The position numbers were made by a program, and so were the translations under genes. 64,000 bases of DNA, taken from NCBI GenBank assembly GCA_963667725.2, contig CAXXHO010000003.1:1440001-1504000 (forward strand), in the 5' to 3' direction. How positions within the stretch are numbered: the first letter of the stretch is position 1; each line of letters starts with the position of its first letter. Below the pieces are notes generated by a model. That model searched no databases. It worked only from the letters and a program-made list of their open reading frames with translations, and had not been told where the DNA came from. This document shows positions 1-10,341 of this stretch, in pieces. Source of the stretch: Treponemataceae bacterium (GTDB lineage Bacteria > Spirochaetota > Spirochaetia > Treponematales > Rectinemataceae).

Positions 1-2
1 TC

Positions 3-1184
3 TCGCTGATCCTCAATCCGCGCGATGAGATCGCCTTCAGGAGAGTGGTCAACAAGCCCGCGAGGGGCCTGGGCGACACCAGCGTCGATGCCATCCTGGA
101 CAACGCCATGCGCCGCGGCGCCTCGGTGCTCGATTCCTGCAGGGACTGCAGGGAGTCCATGCGCGGCAAGGGAAAAACGGGCCTGGACCAGTTCCTCGCC
201 ATCATGGATCACGCGGGGAGCTTGCTGGGAGACCGCGGGACAGTCCAACCGCGCCCGCCCCAGGCCGGCGACGCGGACATAAGCGACGGACCCTACTCTC
301 TCTCGGATGGGGGCAGGGCCAATCCCGATTCCGGGTCTTCGTCCTTAGGTCTCCTCCTCGAAGCCCTCATCAAGGAGAGCGGCCTGGCCGGCTACCACAA
401 GGACCAGGACGAGATCGCGGGCACCCAGAAACTCGCCAACATGGAAGAACTCGTCAACGCTTCCTCGATTTATCCCCTGGTGAGAGAGGGCCTGGCAGAA
501 TTTCTCGAGACGATAGAGCTGGACAGGGGTTTTCAGGCGGGCGACCAGTCCGAGACGAAGGAAGCGGTGACCCTCATCACCATGCACAATACGAAGGGAC
601 TCGAATTCCCGATCGTCATCGTGACCGGACTGGAGCAGGGACTCTTCCCCCGCGACGACGAGGAAGGCGACGATCTGGAGGAGCAGAGACGCCTGTTCTA
701 TGTCGCCCTCACGCGGGCCAAGAACAGTCTCTATCTTTCCGCCTGCCGCTGGCGCCGCATGAGAGGCAGGCTCTTCGAGACTTCCCCCTCGCGCTTCCTG
801 ACCGAAATGGATCCGAAGATGTACGAGTTCTGGAAGAGCGGAGCGAGCGCTTCGCGCCCCATGACTGCTCACTTCCCGCATTCCCAGCCATCCTCCGGAT
901 CGCCAGGGACAGGTTCCCACGCGGCGGTCCGATCGGGAACCAATCCCATGGCGGGATCGTACGGCGGGCAAAGCCCCAGGAAGGGAACGCAGGATGCCGC
1001 TTCGGCCGGTTCGGAGTGGAAACAAGGACAATCTGTCTATCACGACGAGTACGGGCAAGGCGCCATCATCAAGGTGAGCATGACCGAGAGTTCAGGTTCC
1101 CTCGTCATCGTGCAGTTCGAATCGGGTAAAATCGCGCAGTTCTTCCCCAAATACACGAGAAAACTCGAGAGGATAAAGGAATGA
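3..1184 (+). CDS. pcrA: ATP-dependent DNA helicase PcrA/UvrD, C-terminal part (5' end outside window)
   Basis: Frame open from window start (LILNPRDEIAFRRVVNKPARGLG); motifs TLITMHNTKGLEF and EEQRRLFYVALTRAK; C-terminal Tudor-like GQSVYHDEYGQG. Confidence 0.92.
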   Translation, partial: SLILNPRDEIAFRRVVNKPARGLGDTSVDAILDNAMRRGASVLDSCRDCRESMRGKGKTGLDQFLAIMDHAGSLLGDRGTVQPRPPQAGDADISDGPYSLSDGGRANPDSGSSSLGLLLEALIKESGLAGYHKDQDEIAGTQKLANMEELVNASSIYPLVREGLAEFLETIELDRGFQAGDQSETKEAVTLITMHNTKGLEFPIVIVTGLEQGLFPRDDEEGDDLEEQRRLFYVALTRAKNSLYLSACRWRRMRGRLFETSPSRFLTEMDPKMYEFWKSGASASRPMTAHFPHSQPSSGSPGTGSHAAVRSGTNPMAGSYGGQSPRKGTQDAASAGSEWKQGQSVYHDEYGQGAIIKVSMTESSGSLVIVQFESGKIAQFFPKYTRKLERIKE

Positions 1185-2047
1185 TGCAGCAGCTTTCCCG
1201 CGAGGCCCTCGATCTCCTCGAAACCTTTCCGGTAGTGCGAAGGGCGCGCGGATGGAGACTTTACGGCGCCGATAATTCCAGGATCCTGGACATGTACCTC
1301 GACGGCGGAAGATCAGTGACGGGCAGGCGCAGCGGCGCGTCGGGCAGGCTGGAGAAGGAATGCATAGACAGAGGCCTCGATTCATCCCTTCCCACGTTCT
1401 GGAAGCGGCGCCTGGAAAAAGAAATTCTCGCCTGGCTGCCCGGATATGCCCGGGTCCGTTTCTTCGCGTCCGAGGCCGAGGCGCTCCTGGCGCTCGCCGA
1501 TAAGGACGCCGATTTCGCGCGAAGACTACGCGCCGGCGATTCATTCCCCGATGCCTTGCGGTTTTTCGCCGAAAGCGTTTTCGTGGAAGCGCCCTTTTCG
1601 GCATACAGAACCGACCTCGCGAAAGATCCCGCTACCCGCGCTTTCGGTGGAGGGTTGGCGATGGCTATCCTGCCCCTCGCTCCCGCGTGGAGTCTGGGCG
1701 TCATCCTCGAAAAAGAAGAAAGCGAAGATTGGGGAGATCAAGCATCCGCAGCCCCCATCCCGACGATCAGGCTCGCGGCGGCGGCCAGAGCGCTCTCGGA
1801 TTTCACGGCCTTCGCCAAGGATTTCGGGGAAAAGAAATGGGCGGCCATCGATCCCTTCATCGCCGGGCTCTTTCTCCGCTCGGGTCCTTGGCTCTACCCA
1901 GCCTATCCAAGGGAAGCACATGGCGAAGTCTTCGCCGCCTGCCTGAAAAAGAACATCCTGATCTCGCCCGACTACGATCAGCCTTCGCTGGTTCCGGGAG
2001 AATTCGAAGCGGGAGAAGTATCGCCGCTGAAGTCTATCCGGCCATAG
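1181..2047 (+). CDS. Hypothetical protein with degenerate class-III PLP aminotransferase-like N-terminus
   Basis: VRRARGWRLYGADNSRILDM resembles class-III aminotransferase N-termini; start overlaps the pcrA stop (ATGA). Confidence 0.6.
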   Translation: MMQQLSREALDLLETFPVVRRARGWRLYGADNSRILDMYLDGGRSVTGRRSGASGRLEKECIDRGLDSSLPTFWKRRLEKEILAWLPGYARVRFFASEAEALLALADKDADFARRLRAGDSFPDALRFFAESVFVEAPFSAYRTDLAKDPATRAFGGGLAMAILPLAPAWSLGVILEKEESEDWGDQASAAPIPTIRLAAAARALSDFTAFAKDFGEKKWAAIDPFIAGLFLRSGPWLYPAYPREAHGEVFAACLKKNILISPDYDQPSLVPGEFEAGEVSPLKSIRP

Positions 2048-2051
2048 GGAG

Positions 2052-3008
2052 TCAGCCTCGCCTGAGAGAGAACAGGCGAAGCGTCACGACGCCCCCGATT
2101 ATAAACAGCCCGCCCCATATTCTGTTCGCCGTCAGTTGCTCCCCGAGAATCAGCGCCGAAAGCAGCACGGTCATCACCGGTTCCACCGTGCTGATGAGCG
2201 ACGCGTTGGTCGCGCCTATTCTTTTCATGGAGGAAAACAGGGAGGTGATGGGAAGGACCGTGGCCACGAGGGCTATGCACGCGATGAAGACCCACTCCAT
2301 AGCGCTGCCGGGAACCTTGACGGGGAGTCCGGCGACAAAAAGCAAAGCCCAGTAGAATATCCCGGCTGTCGTCATGATGACAGCCGTCGAAAAGAAGGGA
2401 TCGAAACCCGCGAGGATCTTCTCGCCGCTGACGAGATAGACGCCATAGCTTATGGCCACCAGGACGCCCAGGAGCAGGCCGGCCATGGGATACTCGCCGG
2501 GTTCGAAAAATGTCACGACGCAGCCGAGAAAGCTTATGGTCAGGGCGATCAGCTGCCCCGTCGTCGGCTTTCTTTTGAGGAAAAAAGCCGAGAGAAGAAG
2601 CACGAAGGCGGGGTAAAGGTAGAGAAGGAGGCTTGTTATGCCGGGGGCGAGCAGCTTGACCGTCAGGAAATAGAGGCCGGCCTGCGGCGTGAAGCCGAAG
2701 AGCGCCAGAAGAAGCAGATTGCGGAAGGCCCTGGATTTTTCCCCCTCAGCCCCGATGCCCTGATCATCATGGAAGGATTCCCCGGCACTCTTATTCGAAC
2801 TCACCCATCTCCGTACTCCGAGAAAGCACCATAGAAACGCGGAAGCGACGGTGAAGCGCCACGCGAGCGTCTGCGGCACCGAAAAGCCGTATCCGTAGAG
2901 GTTGGTGGCGAAGATGCCGAGGGTGGAAAAACCTATGGCCGACACCAGGGCGAGAGCCATGCCAGCGCCCGACAGTCCCACCGTTTTTGCGGCTATTTTT
3001 TCGTTCAT
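2052..3008 (-). CDS. DMT/EamA family transporter
   Basis: About 10 hydrophobic helices in two EamA repeats; IGATNASLISTVEPV motif. Confidence 0.9.
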   Translation of the reverse strand: MNEKIAAKTVGLSGAGMALALVSAIGFSTLGIFATNLYGYGFSVPQTLAWRFTVASAFLWCFLGVRRWVSSNKSAGESFHDDQGIGAEGEKSRAFRNLLLLALFGFTPQAGLYFLTVKLLAPGITSLLLYLYPAFVLLLSAFFLKRKPTTGQLIALTISFLGCVVTFFEPGEYPMAGLLLGVLVAISYGVYLVSGEKILAGFDPFFSTAVIMTTAGIFYWALLFVAGLPVKVPGSAMEWVFIACIALVATVLPITSLFSSMKRIGATNASLISTVEPVMTVLLSALILGEQLTANRIWGGLFIIGGVVTLRLFSLRRG

Positions 3009-3036
3009 GTCGCGTTCCTTGAGAGCCGATCGAAGC

Positions 3037-4563
3037 TTAGGCTTTGGCTTCGGTATCGAAAATCGCCTTCCCCGGGGCGAAGATGGAGGTGTCGATGCTC
3101 GCCCGGAGCTTTTCGACCTCAGACTGAGTTCGCGCTATCTCCCGGTATTCATAGCCGCCGTCCGATGGTTCGGCGCCCGACCAGACCGCCAGCCGCTTCG
3201 CGATTTTCTCGGCCGCGCGAACATCGGAGGGTCTGGCTTCGTCCAAGGGAGGGGTGACGCTTTCCGGCTTGAAGATATCACGCGCCGACAGGATGTTCCT
3301 GTACACGACGCGCCTCAGATTTTCGAACTTGATCTTCTCGTCTTCGGCCTTCTGCTTGATAGAGCGAATCACGGGGATGCCGAAGAACATTCCCGAAAAA
3401 ATCAGAGGAACTATGCCGAGGCCCCAAAAAAGCCCCGGTATGGGATTAGTCGAACCCAGAAGCTGGAAAAGGTAACCCGCCGCGGAATAGACAATGGGAA
3501 AACCGCCCCGCAGGGCATATCCCTGGGGAGTATTCACATAGATGGCGGTGCCGATCGTGATCGCGTTATAAAGGAAATAGCCGCCGAAGGCCAGGTTGAA
3601 GATATTGATGAGCCTGAAGGTTCTGTCCACCTTGGGTGCGTTGGAGGAGAATTTGTTGAGCCGTTTGAGGGCAACCGTCGAGCCCATGATTTCGGGCGTC
3701 GTGCCGACGCGCGCCAGGAGCTTCGGAAAATTGAAATACAGGACGCCAGATTCGGATACTTCGGGATTGCCCTCGAACTCGAGGAGGTATCTATTGATGG
3801 CGAGTTCGGCGTCGGCGGGATCCATGCCGGTAATGGCCATGAATTCAGCCATCGTGATGACGCCCTTATGTGTCTGGAGAAATGCCACGATGGCTTTCTT
3901 TTCCACTTCAGGCCATTTGGCGTTGGGATCGCCGTCGCCGAAGACGTGCGAAAAAATAGCCTTAGGCAGAGGCCTGCGTTCGCGTCTTTCCATGAACTGC
4001 CTGTTGCGCGTCTCCGGGCTCTTGAACAGTTCGGAATAGAACCAGATGCGGATAAAGCTGTCGAAGAGACTCGTGGTGAGCCATAGTCCCCCAAGACCGC
4101 CGCCTCTCCTGCTGCTGCTGCGGCTGTCGCGGTTTCCTCCGCCCTGCTGCACCGCCACCGATGCCACCATGGCGAAAAGCGCCAAGGCTATGAAAAGGAT
4201 GAAATAGCCGACAAGCATGACCATTATCCAGACCTTGAATACGGCCTTCGCGACTTCAACCGCGCCCTTTTTTGCCAGGCGAAGGAAACGCTTCAGCGAC
4301 GGGCCGAAACCTCTGTAGCGGCTTTTCATTCCATTAGGAAAGGAGTAGAGGATATCGCCCTTCTCCGTGACCCTGAGCCTGGCGCCGAATTCGTCGGCCA
4401 CGGCGGGGAGTTCAGCCTCTATCTGGTGCAACGGCAACCCCGTAAGCCCGGCGAGATCGGCCACCGTGGATTCGCGTCCCGTCGCCCTGAAGCCCCCGAG
4501 CAATTTTCCCCTGACGAGTTCCCTATCGTAATCGTATACTTTCTCGTTTTTTTCCTTAGCCAC
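3037..4563 (-). CDS. Conserved membrane protein of unknown function, resembling the chloroplast At5g03900/cyanobacterial family
   Basis: N-terminal TVADLAGLTGL...GDILYSFP, TM hairpin, FSHVFGDGDPN motif, FEGNPEVSESGVLYFNFP; family match recalled from memory. Confidence 0.65.
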   Translation of the reverse strand: MAKEKNEKVYDYDRELVRGKLLGGFRATGRESTVADLAGLTGLPLHQIEAELPAVADEFGARLRVTEKGDILYSFPNGMKSRYRGFGPSLKRFLRLAKKGAVEVAKAVFKVWIMVMLVGYFILFIALALFAMVASVAVQQGGGNRDSRSSSRRGGGLGGLWLTTSLFDSFIRIWFYSELFKSPETRNRQFMERRERRPLPKAIFSHVFGDGDPNAKWPEVEKKAIVAFLQTHKGVITMAEFMAITGMDPADAELAINRYLLEFEGNPEVSESGVLYFNFPKLLARVGTTPEIMGSTVALKRLNKFSSNAPKVDRTFRLINIFNLAFGGYFLYNAITIGTAIYVNTPQGYALRGGFPIVYSAAGYLFQLLGSTNPIPGLFWGLGIVPLIFSGMFFGIPVIRSIKQKAEDEKIKFENLRRVVYRNILSARDIFKPESVTPPLDEARPSDVRAAEKIAKRLAVWSGAEPSDGGYEYREIARTQSEVEKLRASIDTSIFAPGKAIFDTEAKA

Positions 4564-4612
4564 TCATTCCACCTTTTTGCGTCGACAAAGATTGAGAATT
4601 CCGGAATGTCCC

Positions 4613-6091
4613 TTACAGGAACTTGGATCTTCGCATCGCCATGGCCCTGCCGTATAGAGCGGTATACTCGCTGGCGGACTTTTCCCAGGAAAACTCCCGC
4701 GTCATGGCCTTCATGCGCATGATCTCTATATGCTCCCGGCGGTTGTACCAAGCCCAGACCGCCCAGCCTATCGTATTGAAAAGGGCGCGCGGCGTCAGGT
4801 CGTCGAACATGAAGCCCGTGCCGTCGCCCGTATCCTGGGCGTAATTTTCCACGGTATCGGCGAGGCCGCCGGTACGGTGCACTATGGGAAGGGTTCCATA
4901 ACGGAGCGAGTACATCTGGTTCAGGCCGCAAGGCTCGTAGCGGCTCGGCATCAGATAGAAATCGGAACCCGCCTCGATGAGGTGGGCAAGCCCTTCGTCG
5001 TAGCCGATTTTCGCCTTGAAATTAGGGAAGCGCGCCGAAAGAGATTTCAGCTCTTCCTCGCACCAGGCGTCCCCCGAACCGACAATGGCCATCTGGACAT
5101 TCATGGTCGAGAGAACATTCTGTATCGCCCCATACCCTCTGCCGAACATTTCCCCTATGCCTTTCTGTTCGGTAAGCCTGGCGACCATCCCCAGGAGAGG
5201 GATTTTATCGTCGACGGCCAGTCCGAATTTCTCCTGGAGGGCGCGTTTGCATGCCGCCTTGCCCTCCAGATCGACCACGGAGTATCGCGCGGGTATCAGC
5301 GTATCGGTTTCGGGATTCCAGATATCTTTATCCACCCCGTTCAGGATGCCGACAAGGTCGCGGCTCCTGTGGCGCAGAAGGCCGTCGAGACCGAATCCAT
5401 AGGCCGGCGTCTGTATCTCCCTCGCGTAGGTAGGCGAGACTGTGGTCAGGCAATCGGCTGCCGTGATGCCGGCCTTTAAAAGATTGACCGCGTCGTGGAA
5501 CTCGAATCCCGACGCGTGAAAATGCATCCAGTCGAGGCCGAAGAAGGGAAAATGCTCCTTGGCGTAGACACCTTGATAGCCAAGATTATGTATCGTCAAG
5601 ACGCTGGCCGTATTGGCAAAGCCCTTTTCCTTCTCCAGCGTCGAGAGGTAGACGGGGACGAGGGAGGTCGGCCAGTCATGGGCATGCATGATATCGGGCG
5701 TCCATCCCAGTTTCCTGCAAAGCTGAAAAGCCGATCTGGACAGAAGGCCGAAACGTTCCGGATTGTCGGAATATTCGCTTTGGCTGGACTGACCGTAGAC
5801 GCCGGTTCGTCCAAAAAAATCTTCATAATCCAGAAAATAGACGGGCACATTCGAGGAAGGCAGCGTGGAGGAATAGACGCGGGTCCAGTATTCGCCGTTT
5901 CCCGCGGGAACGGCCATAGGTTCGTCGAGGACGGCCAGGTTGTCCGTAGGGATGAAATAGTATCGGGGCATGATGACGCGCACGTCATGGCCAAGCCTGG
6001 AGAGGGCTATGGCCAGCGCGCTCACCGCGTCGCCCAGACCGCCCGATTTGGCAAAAGGAACAGCCTCGCTCGAGATCATCAGAATCTTCAC
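4613..6091 (-). CDS. glgA: Glycogen synthase
   Basis: SEAVPFAKSGGLGD, HAHDW and MPSRYEPCGLNQ motifs; GTG start at 6091 after GGAGG (ORF-track start at 6286 is too long). Confidence 0.95.
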   Translation of the reverse strand: MKILMISSEAVPFAKSGGLGDAVSALAIALSRLGHDVRVIMPRYYFIPTDNLAVLDEPMAVPAGNGEYWTRVYSSTLPSSNVPVYFLDYEDFFGRTGVYGQSSQSEYSDNPERFGLLSRSAFQLCRKLGWTPDIMHAHDWPTSLVPVYLSTLEKEKGFANTASVLTIHNLGYQGVYAKEHFPFFGLDWMHFHASGFEFHDAVNLLKAGITAADCLTTVSPTYAREIQTPAYGFGLDGLLRHRSRDLVGILNGVDKDIWNPETDTLIPARYSVVDLEGKAACKRALQEKFGLAVDDKIPLLGMVARLTEQKGIGEMFGRGYGAIQNVLSTMNVQMAIVGSGDAWCEEELKSLSARFPNFKAKIGYDEGLAHLIEAGSDFYLMPSRYEPCGLNQMYSLRYGTLPIVHRTGGLADTVENYAQDTGDGTGFMFDDLTPRALFNTIGWAVWAWYNRREHIEIMRMKAMTREFSWEKSASEYTALYGRAMAMRRSKFL

Positions 6092-6257
6092 CGCAGGTCC
6101 TCCAGAAATATTGAACTGCACGGGGCCGACGTTCGCCATGGATGGAAACACTACATCGGAATGCGGCAGGAACAATTCGATTATACAAATACTGACGGCA
6201 ACCTGCAATGCTGAATCGCGCGGCCGATGTCCGCGCGCTTTCCGTTTGGAGGTAGCT

Positions 6258-8462
6258 ATGAAGAGAACAATATCATGGCCATTCATGTTACTGCCGATTT
6301 TAACCCTCGCCTGCGCCTGTACGGGGCTTCAGAACAACAGGCTGGGGACCCTGGCCGTCAAGCTCCGATTCGACTCAGGCTGGATCGGGTCCAAATCCAT
6401 CTTTCAGGCGAAGAGCGGAGGTGTTAAGTCCATAATCCCATCGGAAGACTGGGGTCCCGCGAGATTCGTCATCACGGGCACTGGCCCTGGAGGAAGCGTC
6501 GTTTCCCTCGAAAGCGGCGATATGAACATAGAAACCAAGCTGGTTCCGGGAGACTGGGAGATCGACGTGAAGGCGTTTTCAGCCGCGAACAAGGAGGTGG
6601 CCGCCGGAACGCTGACCTGCCTGCTCCAGCCAGGCAGGACTACCGCCGCCAATATCGTACTTTATCCGCTCGAGGGCACCGGCAATCTATCGATCGCCAT
6701 AACCAGCAATATCGCAGTACCCGCGGGAGGGCGAATAACCGGCAATCTCGCGTATAAAGGCCTGCCTGGACACCCGGCCCCCTCAGAGCCGACGACCTTG
6801 GCTATCGACATCCCGTCTGAACAGACGAGCCTCTCATTCGAAGCGCTGCAGTCAGGCCATTATTCCATCAGTTTGAAGCTGCTCGCCTCGGATGGAGTCG
6901 TATCGGGCGGCTGCGTCGATACGGTGATGGTCATGTCGGGCTTCCTGAGCGAGGGGACCTGCCTCATAGAGATGGGCATGCCGGTCGCCGACCTCACCGC
7001 CACGCTGTATCCTTCATCGTCCCTCACTCCGCCCCTATTATCCGTGGAACATACATTCTCCCAAACCCATGGCTACATGCCGCTGGCCATTCCGCTTCAT
7101 GTGCCGGAGGCCGGCGACGAGATCGCGAGGAAATGGTACGCGAATGGCGAAGAAGCAGGAGAAGCGGTTCGGCTTACGGGAAACAGGGGCATCCTTCCGG
7201 AAGGGACATTCGCCTTTCCCCAGAGCATCCCGCTTTCTCCCCTTTCCCTCGTGCGCGCCGATATCGTGGAAGAATCACTGTCCACCTTCCGCGCCGGATC
7301 TGCCAGCGTGACTCTCGGCGCCGGCGAAGGAGACGATTCCGGAACCTTCGGATGGCGTGCCAGCTACGACTATGCCGCGGCCCTCTCTCCCTCGCTCCAC
7401 CAAAACACGGCGACCAACAACGGCGGTTCCGGGAGCATGTATGCCGCGAAGGCGATCGCGGCCAGCCCCTCTGGGCTCGTCGCTGTATCGGGCTTAGATG
7501 GCGAAGGAGCGCTCCACGCCTTCGCCGCGGGCTACGGGGCCGAGCTGGACCCGGCCGTGGTCGGGGCTGGAAAGGCCCTCTCCATCGACGCCTCCTGGGT
7601 CAGGCTATGGCGGGAAAAAATCAGAGTCGCCAATGTGGTCAAGACCGCCGATAGGCTCGCTATATCCAACGATGGGCGATTCATCGCTTCCGCGTCGTCG
7701 CAGTCCAACTGGATACACCTCTGCTCTCTCGACTCGAGCGGGACCCTTCTCGCCGCCTTTACGGCGACGGCCGAGGGGGACCTAAAGGCACTCTGCTTTT
7801 CCCCGGATAGCGGCAAGCTCTACGCCGCGGCCAATTCGACCAAGAAAATTTATGCCTTCAATATCAACGTGACAGGGATAAGTCCCGCATGGAGCACTCA
7901 ACTCACGTCGGGAGGCGAGACCCTTTCGCTCCAGGATATGGCGGTCACGAGTTCCGGAAGCATTATCGTCACGGCTAAGGACGCATCCAGGATTTATATT
8001 CTATCAAACGAGGGTTCCCTCAATGCGGAAATGACTATCCAGGGCGCCTCGGGCGGAACCGATCCCTACCATCCCGGCGCGCTCGCGATATCCAGCCGAG
8101 GGGACGCATTCTACGTTCTCTGCGACGAGGAAAAGATCATCCGCTACAGCCGGGCCGATTCCCTTTCTCCCTACGCTCCGGAGGCTTTCTTCATCCTTCC
8201 CGCCGCAGCGGAAGGAAGCTGTTTCATCGCCGCGGGAACCCAATCGGGTGAAACCGCGGAAATCGTGGCCGCCGCGGGTGGGGCCACTATCGAACTCTTC
8301 GAGATCGGCGGCGATGGAACCTTCCTGAACGGCTATCCGCTCAACTCCGCGCCTGGGGTTCCCGCCGGCACCCAGATGAGCGACATGCTCTGTTTCGCGA
8401 GGGGCGCATTCCTGCTGTCGGGAGGAACTTCAGGCGTCGTTTCAGTATTCGGGGCCGACTAG
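6258..8462 (+). CDS. Putative lipoprotein with Ig-like N-terminal region and C-terminal beta-propeller
   Basis: GGAGG RBS; signal MKRTISWPFMLLPILTLACAC; repeated AISNDGRF/CFSPDSGKLY/AISSRGDAFY blades. Confidence 0.65.
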   Translation: MKRTISWPFMLLPILTLACACTGLQNNRLGTLAVKLRFDSGWIGSKSIFQAKSGGVKSIIPSEDWGPARFVITGTGPGGSVVSLESGDMNIETKLVPGDWEIDVKAFSAANKEVAAGTLTCLLQPGRTTAANIVLYPLEGTGNLSIAITSNIAVPAGGRITGNLAYKGLPGHPAPSEPTTLAIDIPSEQTSLSFEALQSGHYSISLKLLASDGVVSGGCVDTVMVMSGFLSEGTCLIEMGMPVADLTATLYPSSSLTPPLLSVEHTFSQTHGYMPLAIPLHVPEAGDEIARKWYANGEEAGEAVRLTGNRGILPEGTFAFPQSIPLSPLSLVRADIVEESLSTFRAGSASVTLGAGEGDDSGTFGWRASYDYAAALSPSLHQNTATNNGGSGSMYAAKAIAASPSGLVAVSGLDGEGALHAFAAGYGAELDPAVVGAGKALSIDASWVRLWREKIRVANVVKTADRLAISNDGRFIASASSQSNWIHLCSLDSSGTLLAAFTATAEGDLKALCFSPDSGKLYAAANSTKKIYAFNINVTGISPAWSTQLTSGGETLSLQDMAVTSSGSIIVTAKDASRIYILSNEGSLNAEMTIQGASGGTDPYHPGALAISSRGDAFYVLCDEEKIIRYSRADSLSPYAPEAFFILPAAAEGSCFIAAGTQSGETAEIVAAAGGATIELFEIGGDGTFLNGYPLNSAPGVPAGTQMSDMLCFARGAFLLSGGTSGVVSVFGAD

Positions 8463-8560
8463 GAACAGGCGAGCGTGGGGACTGGGGCGTTTCGCGCCTG
8501 CGCGGTCACTGGCGCAGAGTGCTCCAGTTGCTGTATCTTTATGCTTTCAGGAGAAAGCGA

Positions 8561-10330
8561 ATGTACAAACTGGAAAACTTCACGCTCGTCGAAATGGTAA
8601 AAAAAAGCGGAAAACATTACGCATCCCTGCCCGCCCTCTCCATGGTAGGAGGAATGCGGCTAACGTACGAAGAGGTGGAAAAGCGCTCGGCGACCATGGC
8701 CGCTGTCCTCGCCTCCCATGGCGTCGGCGCAGGCGATAAAGTTGCCCTGCTCGCCGAAAGCTCCCCTTACTGGGGCGTCGCCTATTTTGGCATTCTCCGC
8801 GCGGGCGCCATCGTCGTCCCCATCCTCACGGATTTTACCGCCGAGCAGATCAGGAACATCGTCGTCCATTCGGAAGCCAGAGCCATCATATGTTCGGACA
8901 AGCTCGTTCAGAAAACGCAGTCCCTGGGGCTTTCCATTCTCCTCCTCGACATCAAGGACGGAGCCCGACGGAGCCTAGCCTCCGAGACGGCCGGCGAGGC
9001 GTCCCTCGAACCCGCTCCCGCCGCCGATCGGCCTTCCGTCGATCCGGCGTTCGTCACCGCCTCGCCGCGGCCCGATGATATAGCTATGATCGTCTATACT
9101 TCGGGAACGACGGGTCTGTCGAAAGGCGTCATGCTCAGCCACCGGAACATCCTATCCAACGCCTTAGGATGCCGCTCCATCATCATTCTCCACAGAACCG
9201 ATAAGTTGCTCTCCATTCTTCCCCTCGCCCATACCTACGAATTCACCATTGGCTTCATCATCCCGCTGCTCTCGGGTTCGCAGATATTCTATCTGGACAG
9301 ACCTCCTTCGCCCACGGTCCTGCTTCCGGCCCTGAAGCTGATCAGGCCGACCATCATGCTCTCGGTTCCTCTCGTCATCGAAAAGGTCTATCGATCGAAT
9401 ATCAAGCCCACCCTCGAAGCCATGAAACTATACGCCAACCCGATGATCAAGCCGATTCTCATCAAGTTTGCCGGCATCAAGCTCAAGAAAACCTTCGGCG
9501 GCCGAATACGATTTTTCGGCGTCGGGGGAGCGCCGCTCGCCAGCGATGTAGAAGAATTCCTCAAGAAGGCGAATTTCCACTACGCCATCGGCTACGGCCT
9601 GACCGAGTGCGCCCCGCTTCTCGCCGGAGCTCCTCCCAGTAAAACCTTTCTCCGTTCGACCGGCCCGGCCCTCGATGGCGTCACCATCAGGATAGCCAAC
9701 CCCAACCCGAACACGGGAGAAGGCGAGATACAAGCCAAGGGCGATAATATTTTCAAAGGGTATTACAAGGATCCGGAACGCACGAAGGAAACCTTCACCG
9801 AGGATGGCTGGTTCAAGACAGGCGACTTGGGATTCATCGACGAAAAGAAAAGGGTATTCGTGCGCGGACGGATCAAGACCATGATCCTCGGCGCCTCGGG
9901 CGAGAATATCTATCCCGAGGAAATCGAGGCTGTGCTGAATCAGTCGCCCTATGTGGCTGAATCTCTCGTCATAGAAGGCGAGTCCGGCCTTACGGCCTTC
10001 GTCTATCTGAAAAGCGAAGTGCTTGAGAACCTTGAAGCCAGAATACAGGACGGACTGGACGCGGCCGGGGACATTTCTTCCCGGATGGGAAACGCCCTGG
10101 CCCAAGCCGAAAAATCGGTGGCCAAATCCATCGGTCAGGCCTGGGGCGACGCCGAGAAAACCGCTGGGAAACTTCTGGAAACCATACGAAAAGAGACCAA
10201 CGCGAAGCTCACCTCCTTTTCCAAGATACGCACGATAAAGCTGCACGACGGACCTTTCGAAAAGACGCCCACGCAGAAAATCAAGAGGTTCCTGTATTCG
10301 AAATCGGGGGACATCAAGCCCAATAACTGA
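8561..10330 (+). CDS. Long-chain fatty acyl-CoA ligase (AMP-binding)
   Basis: YTSGTTGLSKG, GYGLTE and GWFKTGDLG motifs; AGGAG RBS before ATG 8561. Confidence 0.9.
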   Translation: MYKLENFTLVEMVKKSGKHYASLPALSMVGGMRLTYEEVEKRSATMAAVLASHGVGAGDKVALLAESSPYWGVAYFGILRAGAIVVPILTDFTAEQIRNIVVHSEARAIICSDKLVQKTQSLGLSILLLDIKDGARRSLASETAGEASLEPAPAADRPSVDPAFVTASPRPDDIAMIVYTSGTTGLSKGVMLSHRNILSNALGCRSIIILHRTDKLLSILPLAHTYEFTIGFIIPLLSGSQIFYLDRPPSPTVLLPALKLIRPTIMLSVPLVIEKVYRSNIKPTLEAMKLYANPMIKPILIKFAGIKLKKTFGGRIRFFGVGGAPLASDVEEFLKKANFHYAIGYGLTECAPLLAGAPPSKTFLRSTGPALDGVTIRIANPNPNTGEGEIQAKGDNIFKGYYKDPERTKETFTEDGWFKTGDLGFIDEKKRVFVRGRIKTMILGASGENIYPEEIEAVLNQSPYVAESLVIEGESGLTAFVYLKSEVLENLEARIQDGLDAAGDISSRMGNALAQAEKSVAKSIGQAWGDAEKTAGKLLETIRKETNAKLTSFSKIRTIKLHDGPFEKTPTQKIKRFLYSKSGDIKPNN

Positions 10331-10341
10331 TCAGGGCGATT

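Noticed and set aside
2902..4086. Long antisense ORFs (also 12141-13064, 19876-20862, 22579-23580, 40479-41501, 47848-49164, 49702-50862)
   Set aside because: Shadow frames of well-supported genes in GC-rich DNA; no motifs
5970..6286. Apparent head-to-head overlap of glgA and the lipoprotein gene
   Set aside because: RBS-supported starts at 6091 and 6258 remove the overlap
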